Shown here: positions 1 to 9,699 of the stretch, in pieces
How the letters are laid out: the number at the start of each line of letters is the position of its first letter
Position numbering within the stretch: the stretch's first letter is position 1
NCBI GenBank assembly: GCA_963664115.2
Contig: CAXWPJ010000006.1
Coordinates: forward strand, 192,001 to 256,000
Source: Terriglobia bacterium
GTDB taxonomy: Bacteria > Acidobacteriota > Terriglobia > 20CM-2-55-15
Length of the DNA stretch: 64,000 nt
Reading direction: 5' to 3'
Translations under genes and position numbers: made by a program
The notes under the pieces: generated by a model
Databases searched by the model: none
What the model was told of the DNA's origin: nothing
Seen by the model: the letters and a program-made list of their open reading frames with translations, nothing else

Positions 1-6
1 CACGCC

Positions 7-1005
7 ATGAACCACTTTTACAATCTCGCCGACCTTTCCGTAGAAGCCGTCGAATCCCTTCTCGACGATGCGGCCCAATTCAAAAAGCAGCCCTTAGGAA
101 AGGATCTGGACGGTCTCCAGTTTGCGCTCCTGTTCCTCGCCCCCTCACTCCGGACACGCTGTTCTTTTGAAGTCGGCATACGCCAGTTGGGTGGAGGTGT
201 GTCGACGCTGGAACCTTCCATGTTCTATGGGCTCGAGACGCGCGATGGAGTGCGGATGGACGGAGATAGTGCGGAGCACATCAAGGAGGCTGTGCCCGTC
301 CTTTCTGGGTTTTACTCCGGTCTGGGTCTGAGAGTGATGGCGGCAGGGAAGTCTGCCGATGAGGATTTGGGTGATCGGATGTTCGAGGCGTTTCGGAGAC
401 ACGCGAAAGTCCCGGTCTTCAACATGGAGTCGGCACTTTACCATCCATGCCAGGCGCTGGCGGACATGCTCACCATTCGCGAACTCCTGGGATCTCACAA
501 GGGGCGCCGCCTGACACTGACCTGGGCGCCGCACCCACGCCCTCTACCCACGGCAGTTCCCAATTCGCTCCTTCTGGCTGCCGCACAGTTGGGGATGGAC
601 GTGACCGTCACCCATCCGGAGGGTTTTGATCTGCCTGAATCGATCACGACGAAAGCGGCCGAACTGTCGCAGGCTGCGGGTGGACGGATACGCACCTCAC
701 ATGACCAGAAAGCCGCTTTCAAAGACGCGGAGATCGTTTACGCGAAGTCCTGGGGCGCGCTGTCCCGATACGATTCTGCTGATGGGGAACAGGAATTGAG
801 ACAGTCCCATTCCAAGTGGACGGTCGACGGGGCTCTGATGAACGATTCTGCGAACGCCTACTTCATGCATTGTCTGCCCGTCCGGCGCAACGTCGTTGTG
901 ACGGATGAAGTGATCGACCATCCACGGTCCGCCGTCCTCGGGCAGGCAGAAAACCGGCTTCACGCCCAGAAAGCAGTCCTCAAATCGCTTTACGCCGGCC
1001 AGTAA
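7..1005 (+). CDS. argF: N-acetylornithine carbamoyltransferase (AOTCase, ArgF'-type)
   Basis: SLRTR carbamoyl-phosphate motif, HPCQALAD, AOTCase-type TWAPHPRPLPTAVPNS loop, FMHCLPVRRN, QAENRLHAQKA. Confidence 0.88.
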   Translation: MNHFYNLADLSVEAVESLLDDAAQFKKQPLGKDLDGLQFALLFLAPSLRTRCSFEVGIRQLGGGVSTLEPSMFYGLETRDGVRMDGDSAEHIKEAVPVLSGFYSGLGLRVMAAGKSADEDLGDRMFEAFRRHAKVPVFNMESALYHPCQALADMLTIRELLGSHKGRRLTLTWAPHPRPLPTAVPNSLLLAAAQLGMDVTVTHPEGFDLPESITTKAAELSQAAGGRIRTSHDQKAAFKDAEIVYAKSWGALSRYDSADGEQELRQSHSKWTVDGALMNDSANAYFMHCLPVRRNVVVTDEVIDHPRSAVLGQAENRLHAQKAVLKSLYAGQ

Positions 1006-1108
1006 TCATCGAAATTCTAGTCCGACAAGCTCAGAGAAACTCTGTTTCCCGCCTGCGCTTCACATTTGTTCTGTCTATCAAGTTTATTGCTTTCTTCAAG
1101 TTCATGGA

Positions 1109-1124
1109 TGGCACTCCCCTTGCA
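1109..1124 (+). promoter_or_regulatory. sigma54 (-24/-12) promoter
   Basis: TGGCAC-TCCCC-TTGCA exactly matches TGGCAC-N5-TTGCW; followed by an AGGAGG RBS and ATG at 1149. Confidence 0.65.
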
Positions 1125-1148
1125 TAGAGAGAGGGCAGGAGGTGCAAC

Positions 1149-1373
1149 ATGGCGCAACAGGGAACATCACAGGTGAGAACGAGAACATTCATGGACGTAT
1201 CGACCGCAGCCCGTTTGGCAGGCTTTTCTATTCGCCATTTCCGCAGAATCATTGAGGAAGACGAGATTCCGATCATGCAGGTCGGCCGTAAGTTCTTCAT
1301 TGTCGCATCGAATTTTGAGGCCTGGAAGGCGAGCCAGGGGCAGAAACGAGTCGGAACCTGTCTACAAAATTGA
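1149..1373 (+). CDS. small helix-turn-helix DNA-binding protein (HTH_17/excisionase-like)
   Basis: 74 aa, MDVSTAARLAGFSIRHFRRII...IPIMQVGRKFFI pattern; strong AGGAGG RBS. Confidence 0.7.
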   Translation: MAQQGTSQVRTRTFMDVSTAARLAGFSIRHFRRIIEEDEIPIMQVGRKFFIVASNFEAWKASQGQKRVGTCLQN

Positions 1374-1405
1374 TGGACTCCTACGTAGTTTGTCTACAAA
1401 GTTGA
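1359..1405. repeat. 15-bp direct repeat TGTCTACAAA(A/G)TTGA x2
   Basis: copies at 1359-1373 and 1391-1405, one mismatch, 32-bp period. Confidence 0.7.
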
Positions 1406-1506
1406 CAGGTCGGAGTGTTCCACTCCGGAAATCCGGATGAGAGTCGGACACGGCAACGTTTGAACTTCTGGGCTTGGTTTCCGACGACGGGACAGTCTTT
1501 CGAGAA

Positions 1507-2307
1507 TCATATGTCGATTGTGCCCTCGAGGTAGCAGACGGCATTGCCGGCGATGGACACGCGGTTCTCGAGCAGCTCGCAGAATAGCTCCCCGCCTCTT
1601 GCCGACACTTGCTGGGCGTGGAGGCTTTCCTTCCCCAATCGGCCAGCCCAGTACGGCGCCAGAACGCAATGAGTAGAGCCGGTCACAGGATCTTCATCGA
1701 TACCAAAGCTCGGGGCGAAACATCGGGATACGAAATCCGCCTTCTCCCCCGGGGCCGTGACGATGACGATCATCGGGCCGAGTTGAGCCAACATAGAGAA
1801 ATCTGGAACGAGCCTGCGGACCTCTTCTTCGGATTGAAACACGGCAAGGTAATAGCCTGAGCCTTCGGTTTCTCCAAACGCCAGAAATTGTTCCGTTGTC
1901 CGGCCGAGGCCGTGCACAAGCTCAGATGGCGGCGTGAGGCAGCGTTCAGGCGTGCGCATGGGGAAATTCATGGCGAGCAGGTCATCCCGCCGTTCCACCG
2001 TCAGCGGGCCGCTTCGGGTACTGAAACGGATTGTTTCGGGCGCGTCTTCGAGGTAGTTGAAGATAACGTAGCCCGAGGCCAGGGTCGCATGACCGCAGAG
2101 TTCGACTTCCGTCGTTGGTGTGAACCACCGGAGGTCGTAACCTTCCTTCGTGGGTACGAAGAACGCCGTTTCCGACAGGTTGTTTTCCCTGGCAATCGCC
2201 TGCATCCGGCTCGCCTCCAGCCAGTCCTCAAGTGGACAGACCGCTGCGGGGTTTCCAGCAAATACATCTGTGGTGAATGCGTCGATCTGGAAGATGCGAA
2301 GCTTCAA
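1507..2307 (-). CDS. PhzF family isomerase/epimerase
   Basis: QIDAFT..FAGNPAAV, NLSETAF, LRWFTP..EVELCGHATLA, EDPVTGS. Confidence 0.92.
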   Translation of the reverse strand: MKLRIFQIDAFTTDVFAGNPAAVCPLEDWLEASRMQAIARENNLSETAFFVPTKEGYDLRWFTPTTEVELCGHATLASGYVIFNYLEDAPETIRFSTRSGPLTVERRDDLLAMNFPMRTPERCLTPPSELVHGLGRTTEQFLAFGETEGSGYYLAVFQSEEEVRRLVPDFSMLAQLGPMIVIVTAPGEKADFVSRCFAPSFGIDEDPVTGSTHCVLAPYWAGRLGKESLHAQQVSARGGELFCELLENRVSIAGNAVCYLEGTIDI

Positions 2308-2390
2308 AGTGTCCTGCCTTTTGGTTCAAAAAAATCGACAGGGGTCCGAACTCTTTCGATCCGCTTCAAAATGATTCAGCAGGATCTAGC

Positions 2391-3749
2391 TTACTCCGGC
2401 CGGAGTACGTCGGTTCGCATCATTGACTGCAGAACGGCTGGAACCTTCACCGACCCGTCTTCCTGCTGGTAGTTGTCGAGGATGGCGATCAACATGCGAC
2501 CCATGGCGCAGCCGGTATCGTTTACCGTGTGACAGTAATGGAGATTGCCGTCTGTCCCACGATAGCGGATATTGAGGCGTCGGGACTGGTATTCCGATGC
2601 GTTCGTGTCGGTCATGACCTCCATGAACTCCCTGGATCCGGACATCCAGACCTCCACGTCCCGTTGCCGGTAGCTGGCCAAATAACCGGCATCACCGGTG
2701 CACTTGTCGACGATGCGATAGGGTAGTTCCAACTGCTGCATCAGCCACTGGTTGATTTGTCCGAACTCTTCGTAAATCTGTCCCGAGTGTTCCGGTGTGC
2801 ATACCGCATTCAATTCGATTTTGTCGAACTGATGTACGCGTTTGATGCCCTTGACATCTTTGCCCCATGAGCCGGCCTCTGAACGAAAACAGGGAGTCGC
2901 CGCGAAGACCTTTCTTGGCAGAGCGTCTTCTTCCAGCGTCCGGTCCATGAAGTAACTGAAATTGGCCGGCTCGGAAGAGCCCACGAGAAAGAGCGGAAAG
3001 GGCTCTTCGACGTTGTCCGTCTTGATTTCGTAAACCTGATCGCGGCCCTCGGGGAATTGTGACGTGCCATACAGGGAACGTTCCCGCACCAGAAGCGGTG
3101 GCACGATCGGTTGATAGCTCCGATTGAGCAGTTCGTCGGTCAGGAGCCGATGAATCGCCATTTGCAGGACGGCAATGTCTCCCAGTATGTATGCGAAACG
3201 CGAGCCCGAGACTTTCCCGCCCTGGAGCGTATCGACCCCACCGAGTCTTTCGCCCAACTCCGTGTAGTGCATGGGCTTGAACGAGTTTTTACCACCGTGA
3301 ACGGGTGTTTGTGGCATGAACTCCGCGGAGTGATTTGCCCTTCCCAACTGCTTTGGATCGAGGTAGCCCTGCCCGGGAATCCACCCGCACTCCTCGACGT
3401 TGTCGTCTTCGCCCGCACCTTCCGGCATTTCGGGATCGATCCAGTTGGGAAACCATTCCATGCACGCAGTCCATTGAGTCGTGATCTCGGTGAACTGCGA
3501 TTCCAGATTCCTGGATTGTTCGCGCAACTCCTGTCCCCGGGCCCGTGCCGCGGTCGGATCGGTCTTGCCCAGCGACGCGATTTTCTTCTTCTCCGCGTTC
3601 AGCTTGTCGATTTCGGTCTGGAGTGCCCGGCGCTTTGTGTCGAGTTCCAGCCAGCGGTCGACATCGGCGTTGGTCGGGTCGACCTTTCGCAGGCGAATGA
3701 TTTCCTTGAGTCGGTCGGGATTCGAGCGCACTTGTTTGGGATCTATCAT
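2391..3749 (-). CDS. serS: seryl-tRNA synthetase
   Basis: N-terminal coiled-coil arm, KVSGSRF, motif 2 FRSEAGSWGKDVKGIKRVHQFDKIE, motif 3 HTVNDTG...R..IAILDNYQ. Confidence 0.92.
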   Translation of the reverse strand: MIDPKQVRSNPDRLKEIIRLRKVDPTNADVDRWLELDTKRRALQTEIDKLNAEKKKIASLGKTDPTAARARGQELREQSRNLESQFTEITTQWTACMEWFPNWIDPEMPEGAGEDDNVEECGWIPGQGYLDPKQLGRANHSAEFMPQTPVHGGKNSFKPMHYTELGERLGGVDTLQGGKVSGSRFAYILGDIAVLQMAIHRLLTDELLNRSYQPIVPPLLVRERSLYGTSQFPEGRDQVYEIKTDNVEEPFPLFLVGSSEPANFSYFMDRTLEEDALPRKVFAATPCFRSEAGSWGKDVKGIKRVHQFDKIELNAVCTPEHSGQIYEEFGQINQWLMQQLELPYRIVDKCTGDAGYLASYRQRDVEVWMSGSREFMEVMTDTNASEYQSRRLNIRYRGTDGNLHYCHTVNDTGCAMGRMLIAILDNYQQEDGSVKVPAVLQSMMRTDVLRPE

Positions 3750-3751
3750 TC

Positions 3752-5662
3752 TTAGACGTTGTCTTGCATCAGCTTAGTGAGGGCCTGGGTGAACCTCTTG
3801 GTGTCGGTGAGCGCGGAGCCTTCTGCAATCAAGGCGGAGCCCAGCAGTAGTTCGGCGTAGTCGTCGATCAGCGGATCGTCTTTGTCCGCCTGAACCCTTG
3901 ACTGCATCTTCTGGACGATTTCATGAGCCGGGTTCAATTCCATGATTCGCTTTTGCTTTTCCGTCCGGCCCTGTTGTACGCGCAATATCCGATCGAGTTG
4001 GGGGCTGAAGTCTTCTTCGGAAACGACCAGACAGGCTGGAGAGTCTGTCAGGCGGTTTGTCAGCCGGACCTCTGTGATATGAGCTCCCAGTTTCTTCTTG
4101 AGAAGGCCCATCAGATCCACGTATTCAACCTGCTTGGCATTGAGGTCTTTTCGAGCTTTGTTCTGCTCCTCATCGCTTCCCAGCGCGACCGTTCCTTTCC
4201 CAATTGATTTCAGCTTTTTTTCGTCGAATTCGGTCAGTGCCTGGACCATCAGTTCATCAACCGGATCGTTCAGGAACAGCACTTCCACATCCCGTTCTTT
4301 GAAAGCTTCCAGATGGGGTGAGTTTGCAATGGATTCGCGGGACTCCCCGGTCAGATAGAAGATCTCCTTCTGGTCCGACTTCATCCGCATCACGTACTCA
4401 TTGAGCGTCGTTTTCTTTTCGGGGTCATGCGAGGAATCGAACAGGATCAAGGGCGTAAGCCGGTCTTTGTTTTCAAAGTCAAAGCTGACGCCTTCCTTTA
4501 GGACCCGTCCGAAATGTTCCCAGAACGTGTCGTAGGCTCCCTTGTTGTTTTTGGAAAGATCCGCAAGCGCATCGATGACCTTGCGCGTGAGCCATTTCCT
4601 GATTTGTGCGATGTGCCGATCTTCCTGCAATCTCTGCCGCGAGATGTTCAGCGGTAGGTCGGAAGAGTCAACCATGCCTTTGACGAAGCGGAGGTACCGC
4701 GGCAGCAGATCCTCGCAGTTCTCCATGATCAGGACATTTCGAACGTAGAGTTGAAGACCAAATTTTCCCGTTTCGAAGAAGATGTCCATCGGTGCTTGGG
4801 ACGGAAGATAGAGCAAAGCCTGATATTCGATACGGCCCTCTGCCTTAAACGACAGGTGTTTCAACGGATCGTTCCAATCGCGGCTGATATGTTTGTAGAA
4901 CTCTTTGTATTCATCTTCAGTGACCTCTGAGGCTGGCCGCGTCCAAATCGGTTTCATGGAGTTGATCGGGCCTGAATCGGGTGTATCCTTCTTTTTGTCC
5001 GCTTCCTTGCCGGTCGGACGATAGTGGATCGGGTAAGTCACGAAGTCGGAGTACTGCTTCACGATTCGCTTGATGACCCAGTCCTCGGCGAAGTCCTCAA
5101 CTCCGCTTTCTGCATCGACCGGTTTGAGATGAAGTGTGACCGTGGTGCCGCGGCGAAATTTTTCGGATTCCGAAAGACTGTACTGCCCATCCCCGGAAGA
5201 TTCCCACAATGTGGCCTTGTCCTCTCCGGCCCGGCGCGTCACAAGCGACACACTATCGGCCACCATAAAAGACGAATAGAACCCGACACCAAACTGTCCG
5301 ATGAGTTTGTCGGTGAGTTCACTGGTCCCGCCCTTCAGGCTTTCCAGTAGTTCCCGCGTTCCCGATTTCGCGATCGTTCCAATATTCTGGACGACCTCGT
5401 CCCTGCTCATGCCGATGCCGCTGTCGTGGATGGTGAGCGTCCGGGCTTCCTTGTCGGATTCGATAATGATTTCGAAGAGTTCATCCTTGCCGAGCAGGTT
5501 CGGTTGCGTTAGAGCATCGACTCGAAGCCGGTCCAGAGCGTCCGATGCATTCGAAATGAGTTCTCTTAGAAAGATTTCCTTGTTCGTATAAAGGGAGTGG
5601 ATCATCAGATCGAGGACTTGCTTCGCCTCGGCCTGAAATTGCATTGTTTCCACCGTACTCAT
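3752..5662 (-). CDS. htpG: Hsp90 chaperone HtpG
   Basis: FQAE..QVLDLMIHSLYTNKEIFLRELISNASDA, IGQFGVGFYS, DLPLNISR. Confidence 0.97.
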   Translation of the reverse strand: MSTVETMQFQAEAKQVLDLMIHSLYTNKEIFLRELISNASDALDRLRVDALTQPNLLGKDELFEIIIESDKEARTLTIHDSGIGMSRDEVVQNIGTIAKSGTRELLESLKGGTSELTDKLIGQFGVGFYSSFMVADSVSLVTRRAGEDKATLWESSGDGQYSLSESEKFRRGTTVTLHLKPVDAESGVEDFAEDWVIKRIVKQYSDFVTYPIHYRPTGKEADKKKDTPDSGPINSMKPIWTRPASEVTEDEYKEFYKHISRDWNDPLKHLSFKAEGRIEYQALLYLPSQAPMDIFFETGKFGLQLYVRNVLIMENCEDLLPRYLRFVKGMVDSSDLPLNISRQRLQEDRHIAQIRKWLTRKVIDALADLSKNNKGAYDTFWEHFGRVLKEGVSFDFENKDRLTPLILFDSSHDPEKKTTLNEYVMRMKSDQKEIFYLTGESRESIANSPHLEAFKERDVEVLFLNDPVDELMVQALTEFDEKKLKSIGKGTVALGSDEEQNKARKDLNAKQVEYVDLMGLLKKKLGAHITEVRLTNRLTDSPACLVVSEEDFSPQLDRILRVQQGRTEKQKRIMELNPAHEIVQKMQSRVQADKDDPLIDDYAELLLGSALIAEGSALTDTKRFTQALTKLMQDNV

Positions 5663-5875
5663 GCTTTGGGTCCTCCAATGTTCAACTCACTATTGTAGTC
5701 GCTTAGTGTCGGCGCGGTCCATGGGGGCCAAGGCACCGCAGGTCTCTACCAAACGAGAGGCGCAAAAACGTAGAGCTGGGTTTATTGCGTCCTTTTGCGT
5801 CACAGCGTCTTTGCGTTGCGTCTTTGGACGCGCGGATAGAATGTCCATTCTGAAGCCGGTGTATACTGCCCGGAA

Positions 5876-6796
5876 ATGATCGCCTTCCTTGTTAGACGAC
5901 TCCTACTCACCATCCCCGTCGTCTGGATTGTCGTCACCCTGGTATTCATGCTCGTGCACCTTGTCCCGGGGGATCCCGTGGCTCAGATGCTGGGTGAAGG
6001 TGCGGCAGTCACCGAAGTGGAACGGTTGCGCCAGGAATTGGGACTGGACCGTCCGATTCCGGAGCAGTACATTTCTTATATGTCGGGGATTTTTCGGGGT
6101 GACCTGGGAGTGTCGTTCAGAAATCAGGAAACGGTCGTGGAATCCATTGCCGAGCGGTATCCAGCGACAATTCAGCTGGCTCTGACAGCGGTTCTCTTTT
6201 CCTTTCTGATTGCCGCGCCTCTGGGCGTGCTGGCTGCCGTTCGTCGCGGGGGGATTGCCGACCGTTCGATCAGCATGTTCACGCTCATCGGCTTGTCGCT
6301 TCCCAATTTTGTCCTGGGTCCCCTGATGATCCTGTTGTTCTCGATCGAACTCGGATGGTTACCCGTTTCCGGTCGAGAGAGCCTGGCACATTTGATCCTG
6401 CCGGCATTTACGATGGGAGGTGTCATGGCTGCCATAACGACCCGGATGGTCAGGGCGTCGATGCTGGAAGAAATCCATCAGGACTACGTGCGGACCGCCA
6501 GAGCAAAGGGGCTATCCGAAACACGTGTGATGTTTAAACACGCACTTCAGAACGGCCTCATCCCTGTATTGACCGTAATGGGACTCCAACTGGGGAACCT
6601 GCTGGCGGGTGCCATCATCATCGAGACAATATTTTCCTGGCCGGGTATAGGCCAGCTGCTGTTTCAAGCTATAAGTGCGCGCGACTATCCCTTGGTGCAG
6701 GGCTCGATTCTCACGATCGCCCTTACTTACATCGTTATCAATCGTCTGACAGACCTTGCTTATTCTCTTGTGGATCCGCGAATCCGTTATGAGTGA
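5876..6796 (+). CDS. peptide/nickel ABC transporter permease (DppB/OppB type)
   Basis: LVPGDP, GDLGVSF, DYVRTARAKGL EAA loop, ETIFSWPGIG, DPRIRY. Confidence 0.93.
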   Translation: MIAFLVRRLLLTIPVVWIVVTLVFMLVHLVPGDPVAQMLGEGAAVTEVERLRQELGLDRPIPEQYISYMSGIFRGDLGVSFRNQETVVESIAERYPATIQLALTAVLFSFLIAAPLGVLAAVRRGGIADRSISMFTLIGLSLPNFVLGPLMILLFSIELGWLPVSGRESLAHLILPAFTMGGVMAAITTRMVRASMLEEIHQDYVRTARAKGLSETRVMFKHALQNGLIPVLTVMGLQLGNLLAGAIIIETIFSWPGIGQLLFQAISARDYPLVQGSILTIALTYIVINRLTDLAYSLVDPRIRYE

Positions 6797-7634
6797 TCTT
6801 CTCCGTCGGAATAAGCTGGCGTTTGCGGGACTGGTGATTGTCGTGCTGATCTCTCTGACGGCGATTTTCGCGCCCTGGTTTGTTCCCTACGATCCCGGTT
6901 TGCAGCAGCTTCCGGACCGCCTGATGGGTCCGTCCCGCACTCACTTGTTTGGAACGGACGAACTGGGCCGGGATATTTTCTCACGTGTCCTGTTGGGTAC
7001 ACGTGTCAGCATGCGGGTGGGCGCAACTGTTGTGCTGTTATCCAGCCTGATTGGAGTTTTGATCGGGGGTGTGGCGGGCTTCCTTGGCGGCCGTTTCGAT
7101 GCATTCATCACGTCCATCGTAATCGATTCGTTTCTGGCGTTCCCTGGGATCCTCCTTGCCATAGCACTGGTTGCGTTTTTGGGGCCCGGATTGGACAGGA
7201 TCATTCTGGCGCTGGTTGCCATGGGATGGGTTGGATTCGCCCGGCTCGCCCGGGGACAAGTCCTCAAGGTGAAGACATTGGATTTCGTCGAAGCCGCCCG
7301 TGCGCTCGGTGCTTCGGGGCCCCGCGTCTTCTTTCTGCATGTCTTGCCCAATATCATTCAGCCTGTCATGGTCCAGGTCAGTGTCGGTATGGCGGTCGCC
7401 ATACTGGCCGAAGCGTCGCTGAGTTTTCTTGGTCTGGGCATTGCGCCCCCGACTCCCAGCTGGGGCGCCATGTTAAACGAGGGCCGCAATCATCTGTTTG
7501 AGGCGCCCCACATGATTGTTTTCCCATCCATCCTGCTGATGGCGACGGTCCTGTCGCTCAACCTGTTGGGTGACGGCATCCGTGACTGGCTGGACCCCAA
7601 AACCCTCTCCACGAACCCGACCACAGATCGCTAG
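6789..7634 (+). CDS. peptide/nickel ABC transporter permease (DppC/OppC type)
   Basis: HLFGTDELGRDIFSR, FVEAARALGA, EASLSFLGLG..PPTPSWG, LNLLGDGIRDWLDP; ATG at 6789 overlaps the end of the upstream gene. Confidence 0.93.
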   Translation: MSDLLRRNKLAFAGLVIVVLISLTAIFAPWFVPYDPGLQQLPDRLMGPSRTHLFGTDELGRDIFSRVLLGTRVSMRVGATVVLLSSLIGVLIGGVAGFLGGRFDAFITSIVIDSFLAFPGILLAIALVAFLGPGLDRIILALVAMGWVGFARLARGQVLKVKTLDFVEAARALGASGPRVFFLHVLPNIIQPVMVQVSVGMAVAILAEASLSFLGLGIAPPTPSWGAMLNEGRNHLFEAPHMIVFPSILLMATVLSLNLLGDGIRDWLDPKTLSTNPTTDR

Positions 7635-7643
7635 TTCGTTATT

Positions 7644-7784
7644 AACCGCAAAGGCGCAAAGAAAAAAGTAAGAAATAAGAGAAGGGATAGGTCCGTTACT
7701 GGGGAGCTGACTGGATTCCAACGAAAGAGCTTTGGCAACCCATTCTGCCTTCTCTTCCTTTGCGTCTTAGCGCCTTGGCGGTGA
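7644..7784. repeat. REP-like imperfect inverted repeat between convergent genes
   Basis: AACCGCAAAGGCGCAAAG ... CTTTGCGTCTTAGCGCCTTGGCGGTGA; a more degenerate similar pair at about 5752-5817. Confidence 0.5.
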
Positions 7785-7797
7785 AAAAATCCGAATC

Positions 7798-8064
7798 TTA
7801 AGTGCCGGTGGCGAGAAATTTGTCGTGGCACTCTTCGGAACAAAAATGGAAGGTTTCGGATCCGCGGGTCATGGTGAGAGATTGATCCTGGCTGACGTAA
7901 GTACCGCAGACGGGATCTTTTACGAGTTTGCCGGTCTTGCTCGCGCCAGAGCTTCCTCCTGTGGTTGATTTCTGCCCGGAGGCCGGTCCAAACATACCGC
8001 GCAGCGCTGAAATCGCGGCCATGACGATGACGAAGACCACTGCGACTCGGATGAGGAATCTCAT
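7798..8064 (-). CDS. membrane-anchored YHS/TRASH domain protein
   Basis: N-terminal hydrophobic helix; KDPVCGTYV...FHFCSEECHDKFL. Confidence 0.85.
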   Translation of the reverse strand: MRFLIRVAVVFVIVMAAISALRGMFGPASGQKSTTGGSSGASKTGKLVKDPVCGTYVSQDQSLTMTRGSETFHFCSEECHDKFLATGT

Positions 8065-8072
8065 AAGCCCAC

Positions 8073-8666
8073 CTATTGAGTAACTGGATTGCCCCCGGCG
8101 GCTGCTATTCGCTCGCGGATCGAAGCGATTCCGGCATAGGTGGGCTCGATCAGTTCAATTTGCCGCAGCGCAGTCTGTGCTGAAACCACATCGTTTCTGC
8201 CATCGAGATAGGCCAGCGCAAGATTGTGAAGGGCCAGTGCATAGGTCGGGTCGGATTCGAGCGCCCTTTGAAATTCAAGTATCGCATCTTCGACACGTCC
8301 GGAACCGTACAGTGCAGTTGCCATTGCCGTTCGAACCGCCACATCTTCTGGAGTGATCTCCAGCGCTTGACTGAAGATCTCTGACGATTCCGTGTATCGA
8401 CCGAGGTCGAATAGATAATCCCCATAGCGGCTGAGGAGTTCGGGGTTGTTTGGATTGGCTGCGAGTGCTTCGGCGAAGAAGGCGAGCATGGTCTGGTCCG
8501 TGATTTCCGGATGGTCGGGGGCGACCCCCGCCCTCGGCGAACCGGCCAGGGTTTCCGCTTCCAGCTGCCGTCGGGATTCGAGCCGGTAACTGCCATATAC
8601 GTAAGCGAATGCAGAACCGAGGATGATTCCGAGCAGTGCGATGTGGATGTTCTTTGAGTTGAGCAT
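8073..8666 (-). CDS. membrane-anchored TPR protein
   Basis: likely start ATG 8666 (MLNSKNIHIALLGIILG, TM helix); TPR motifs ALAANPNN, ALEITPED, ALESDPTY. Confidence 0.8.
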   Translation of the reverse strand: MLNSKNIHIALLGIILGSAFAYVYGSYRLESRRQLEAETLAGSPRAGVAPDHPEITDQTMLAFFAEALAANPNNPELLSRYGDYLFDLGRYTESSEIFSQALEITPEDVAVRTAMATALYGSGRVEDAILEFQRALESDPTYALALHNLALAYLDGRNDVVSAQTALRQIELIEPTYAGIASIRERIAAAGGNPVTQ

Positions 8667-8727
8667 TGAAGGTGGATGGAGGGAAGGGTTCAAAGCCCTT
8701 CCCTCAAGAATGTTCAGTCGGTGCCGG

Positions 8728-9684
8728 CTACTGACCCGCCGAAGCTTGGGCCGCGGCGAGCAAGCCGCTGGCCGCCTCGGCATTGGGGCCGTCAGGTGCC
8801 AGTTCCAGGTATTTCTCGAAAGCCGGAATGGCATCTGGAATCGTAGTGGCGGCGCCGAAGTAGGCAATTCCCATCTGGTAGTAGGCCTCTGCGTTCGTCG
8901 GGTCCAGGGTGACGGCCCGCTCATAAGCCGCCGCAGCGTCTGCCATCCGTCCGGTATTGGTCAGCAGGACGCCCAGGTTGTAATAGGCGTCGCCACCGAT
9001 TTCAGGCCTCAACTGCGCGGCCTGATCCAGCGCTTCGATCGCCTCGTCGATCTGGCCGGCGTTTCCGTAGGCCACACCCAGATTGTTGTAGTATCCCGCT
9101 TCGGCTGGAGCCAGAAGAATGGCTTTCTGATAGGCATCGGCGGCATCGGTATGTCGACCCGCGCCCGCGAGAGCACCCGCCAGGTTCGCAAAGATGACGT
9201 GCTGCGTGTCGTCGTTTTCCACCGCAAGGGTGAATTGTTCGATTGCCTCTTCAAAATTGCCTGCATCGAGAGCCGCCCGGCCTACGTCGAACGCCGCCGA
9301 CGTGGCTTCGGCGCGTGCCCGCGCCTCCATCGCCGCCCGCGCTTCTGGTGTGTCGGCCAATTCCGGCAAGTTAAAGTCCGTTTCTTCTTCCTCACCAGAA
9401 TCGATGCTCAGACCATCCACGAACGTCAGGTTGGAACCGTTAACCTGCAGGGTGACCCTGTAGCTTCCCCTCGGGACGGCAATCCTGTATCGGCCGTCCG
9501 GCCCGGTTTCCGTTTCGAATTCTTGATTGATGTCCTGGCGTTCGATCAGCATAACGGCGCCAACCAGTGGCGAACCGTCAAAATCGATCACCTCACCTAA
9601 AATGGTGCCGGTCTGCGCTTGCGATGGGAGCGCAAAGGCCAGGACAAGCAGCGCCAGTGGCAAGACACGACAAGCAATTTTCAT
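8728..9684 (-). CDS. secreted carboxypeptidase-regulatory-like domain + TPR protein
   Basis: signal peptide ending SQA; GTILGEVID.DGSPLVGA..TGPDGRY; repeated YYNNLG/YYNLG TPRs; GGAGG RBS. Confidence 0.85.
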   Translation of the reverse strand: MKIACRVLPLALLVLAFALPSQAQTGTILGEVIDFDGSPLVGAVMLIERQDINQEFETETGPDGRYRIAVPRGSYRVTLQVNGSNLTFVDGLSIDSGEEEETDFNLPELADTPEARAAMEARARAEATSAAFDVGRAALDAGNFEEAIEQFTLAVENDDTQHVIFANLAGALAGAGRHTDAADAYQKAILLAPAEAGYYNNLGVAYGNAGQIDEAIEALDQAAQLRPEIGGDAYYNLGVLLTNTGRMADAAAAYERAVTLDPTNAEAYYQMGIAYFGAATTIPDAIPAFEKYLELAPDGPNAEAASGLLAAAQASAGQ

Positions 9685-9699
9685 AAGTACCTCCATCTG

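Noticed and set aside
5663-5875. CIRCE/HrcA operator upstream of htpG
   Set aside because: No TTAGCACTC-N9-GAGTGCTAA match, only a degenerate REP-like palindrome.
8667-8924. N-terminal extensions in the ORF track (8073..8924, 15819 surE, 16917..17855, 27250..28692)
   Set aside because: They overlap other genes, a tRNA or IS ends. Downstream starts with signal peptides or family N-termini are more plausible.
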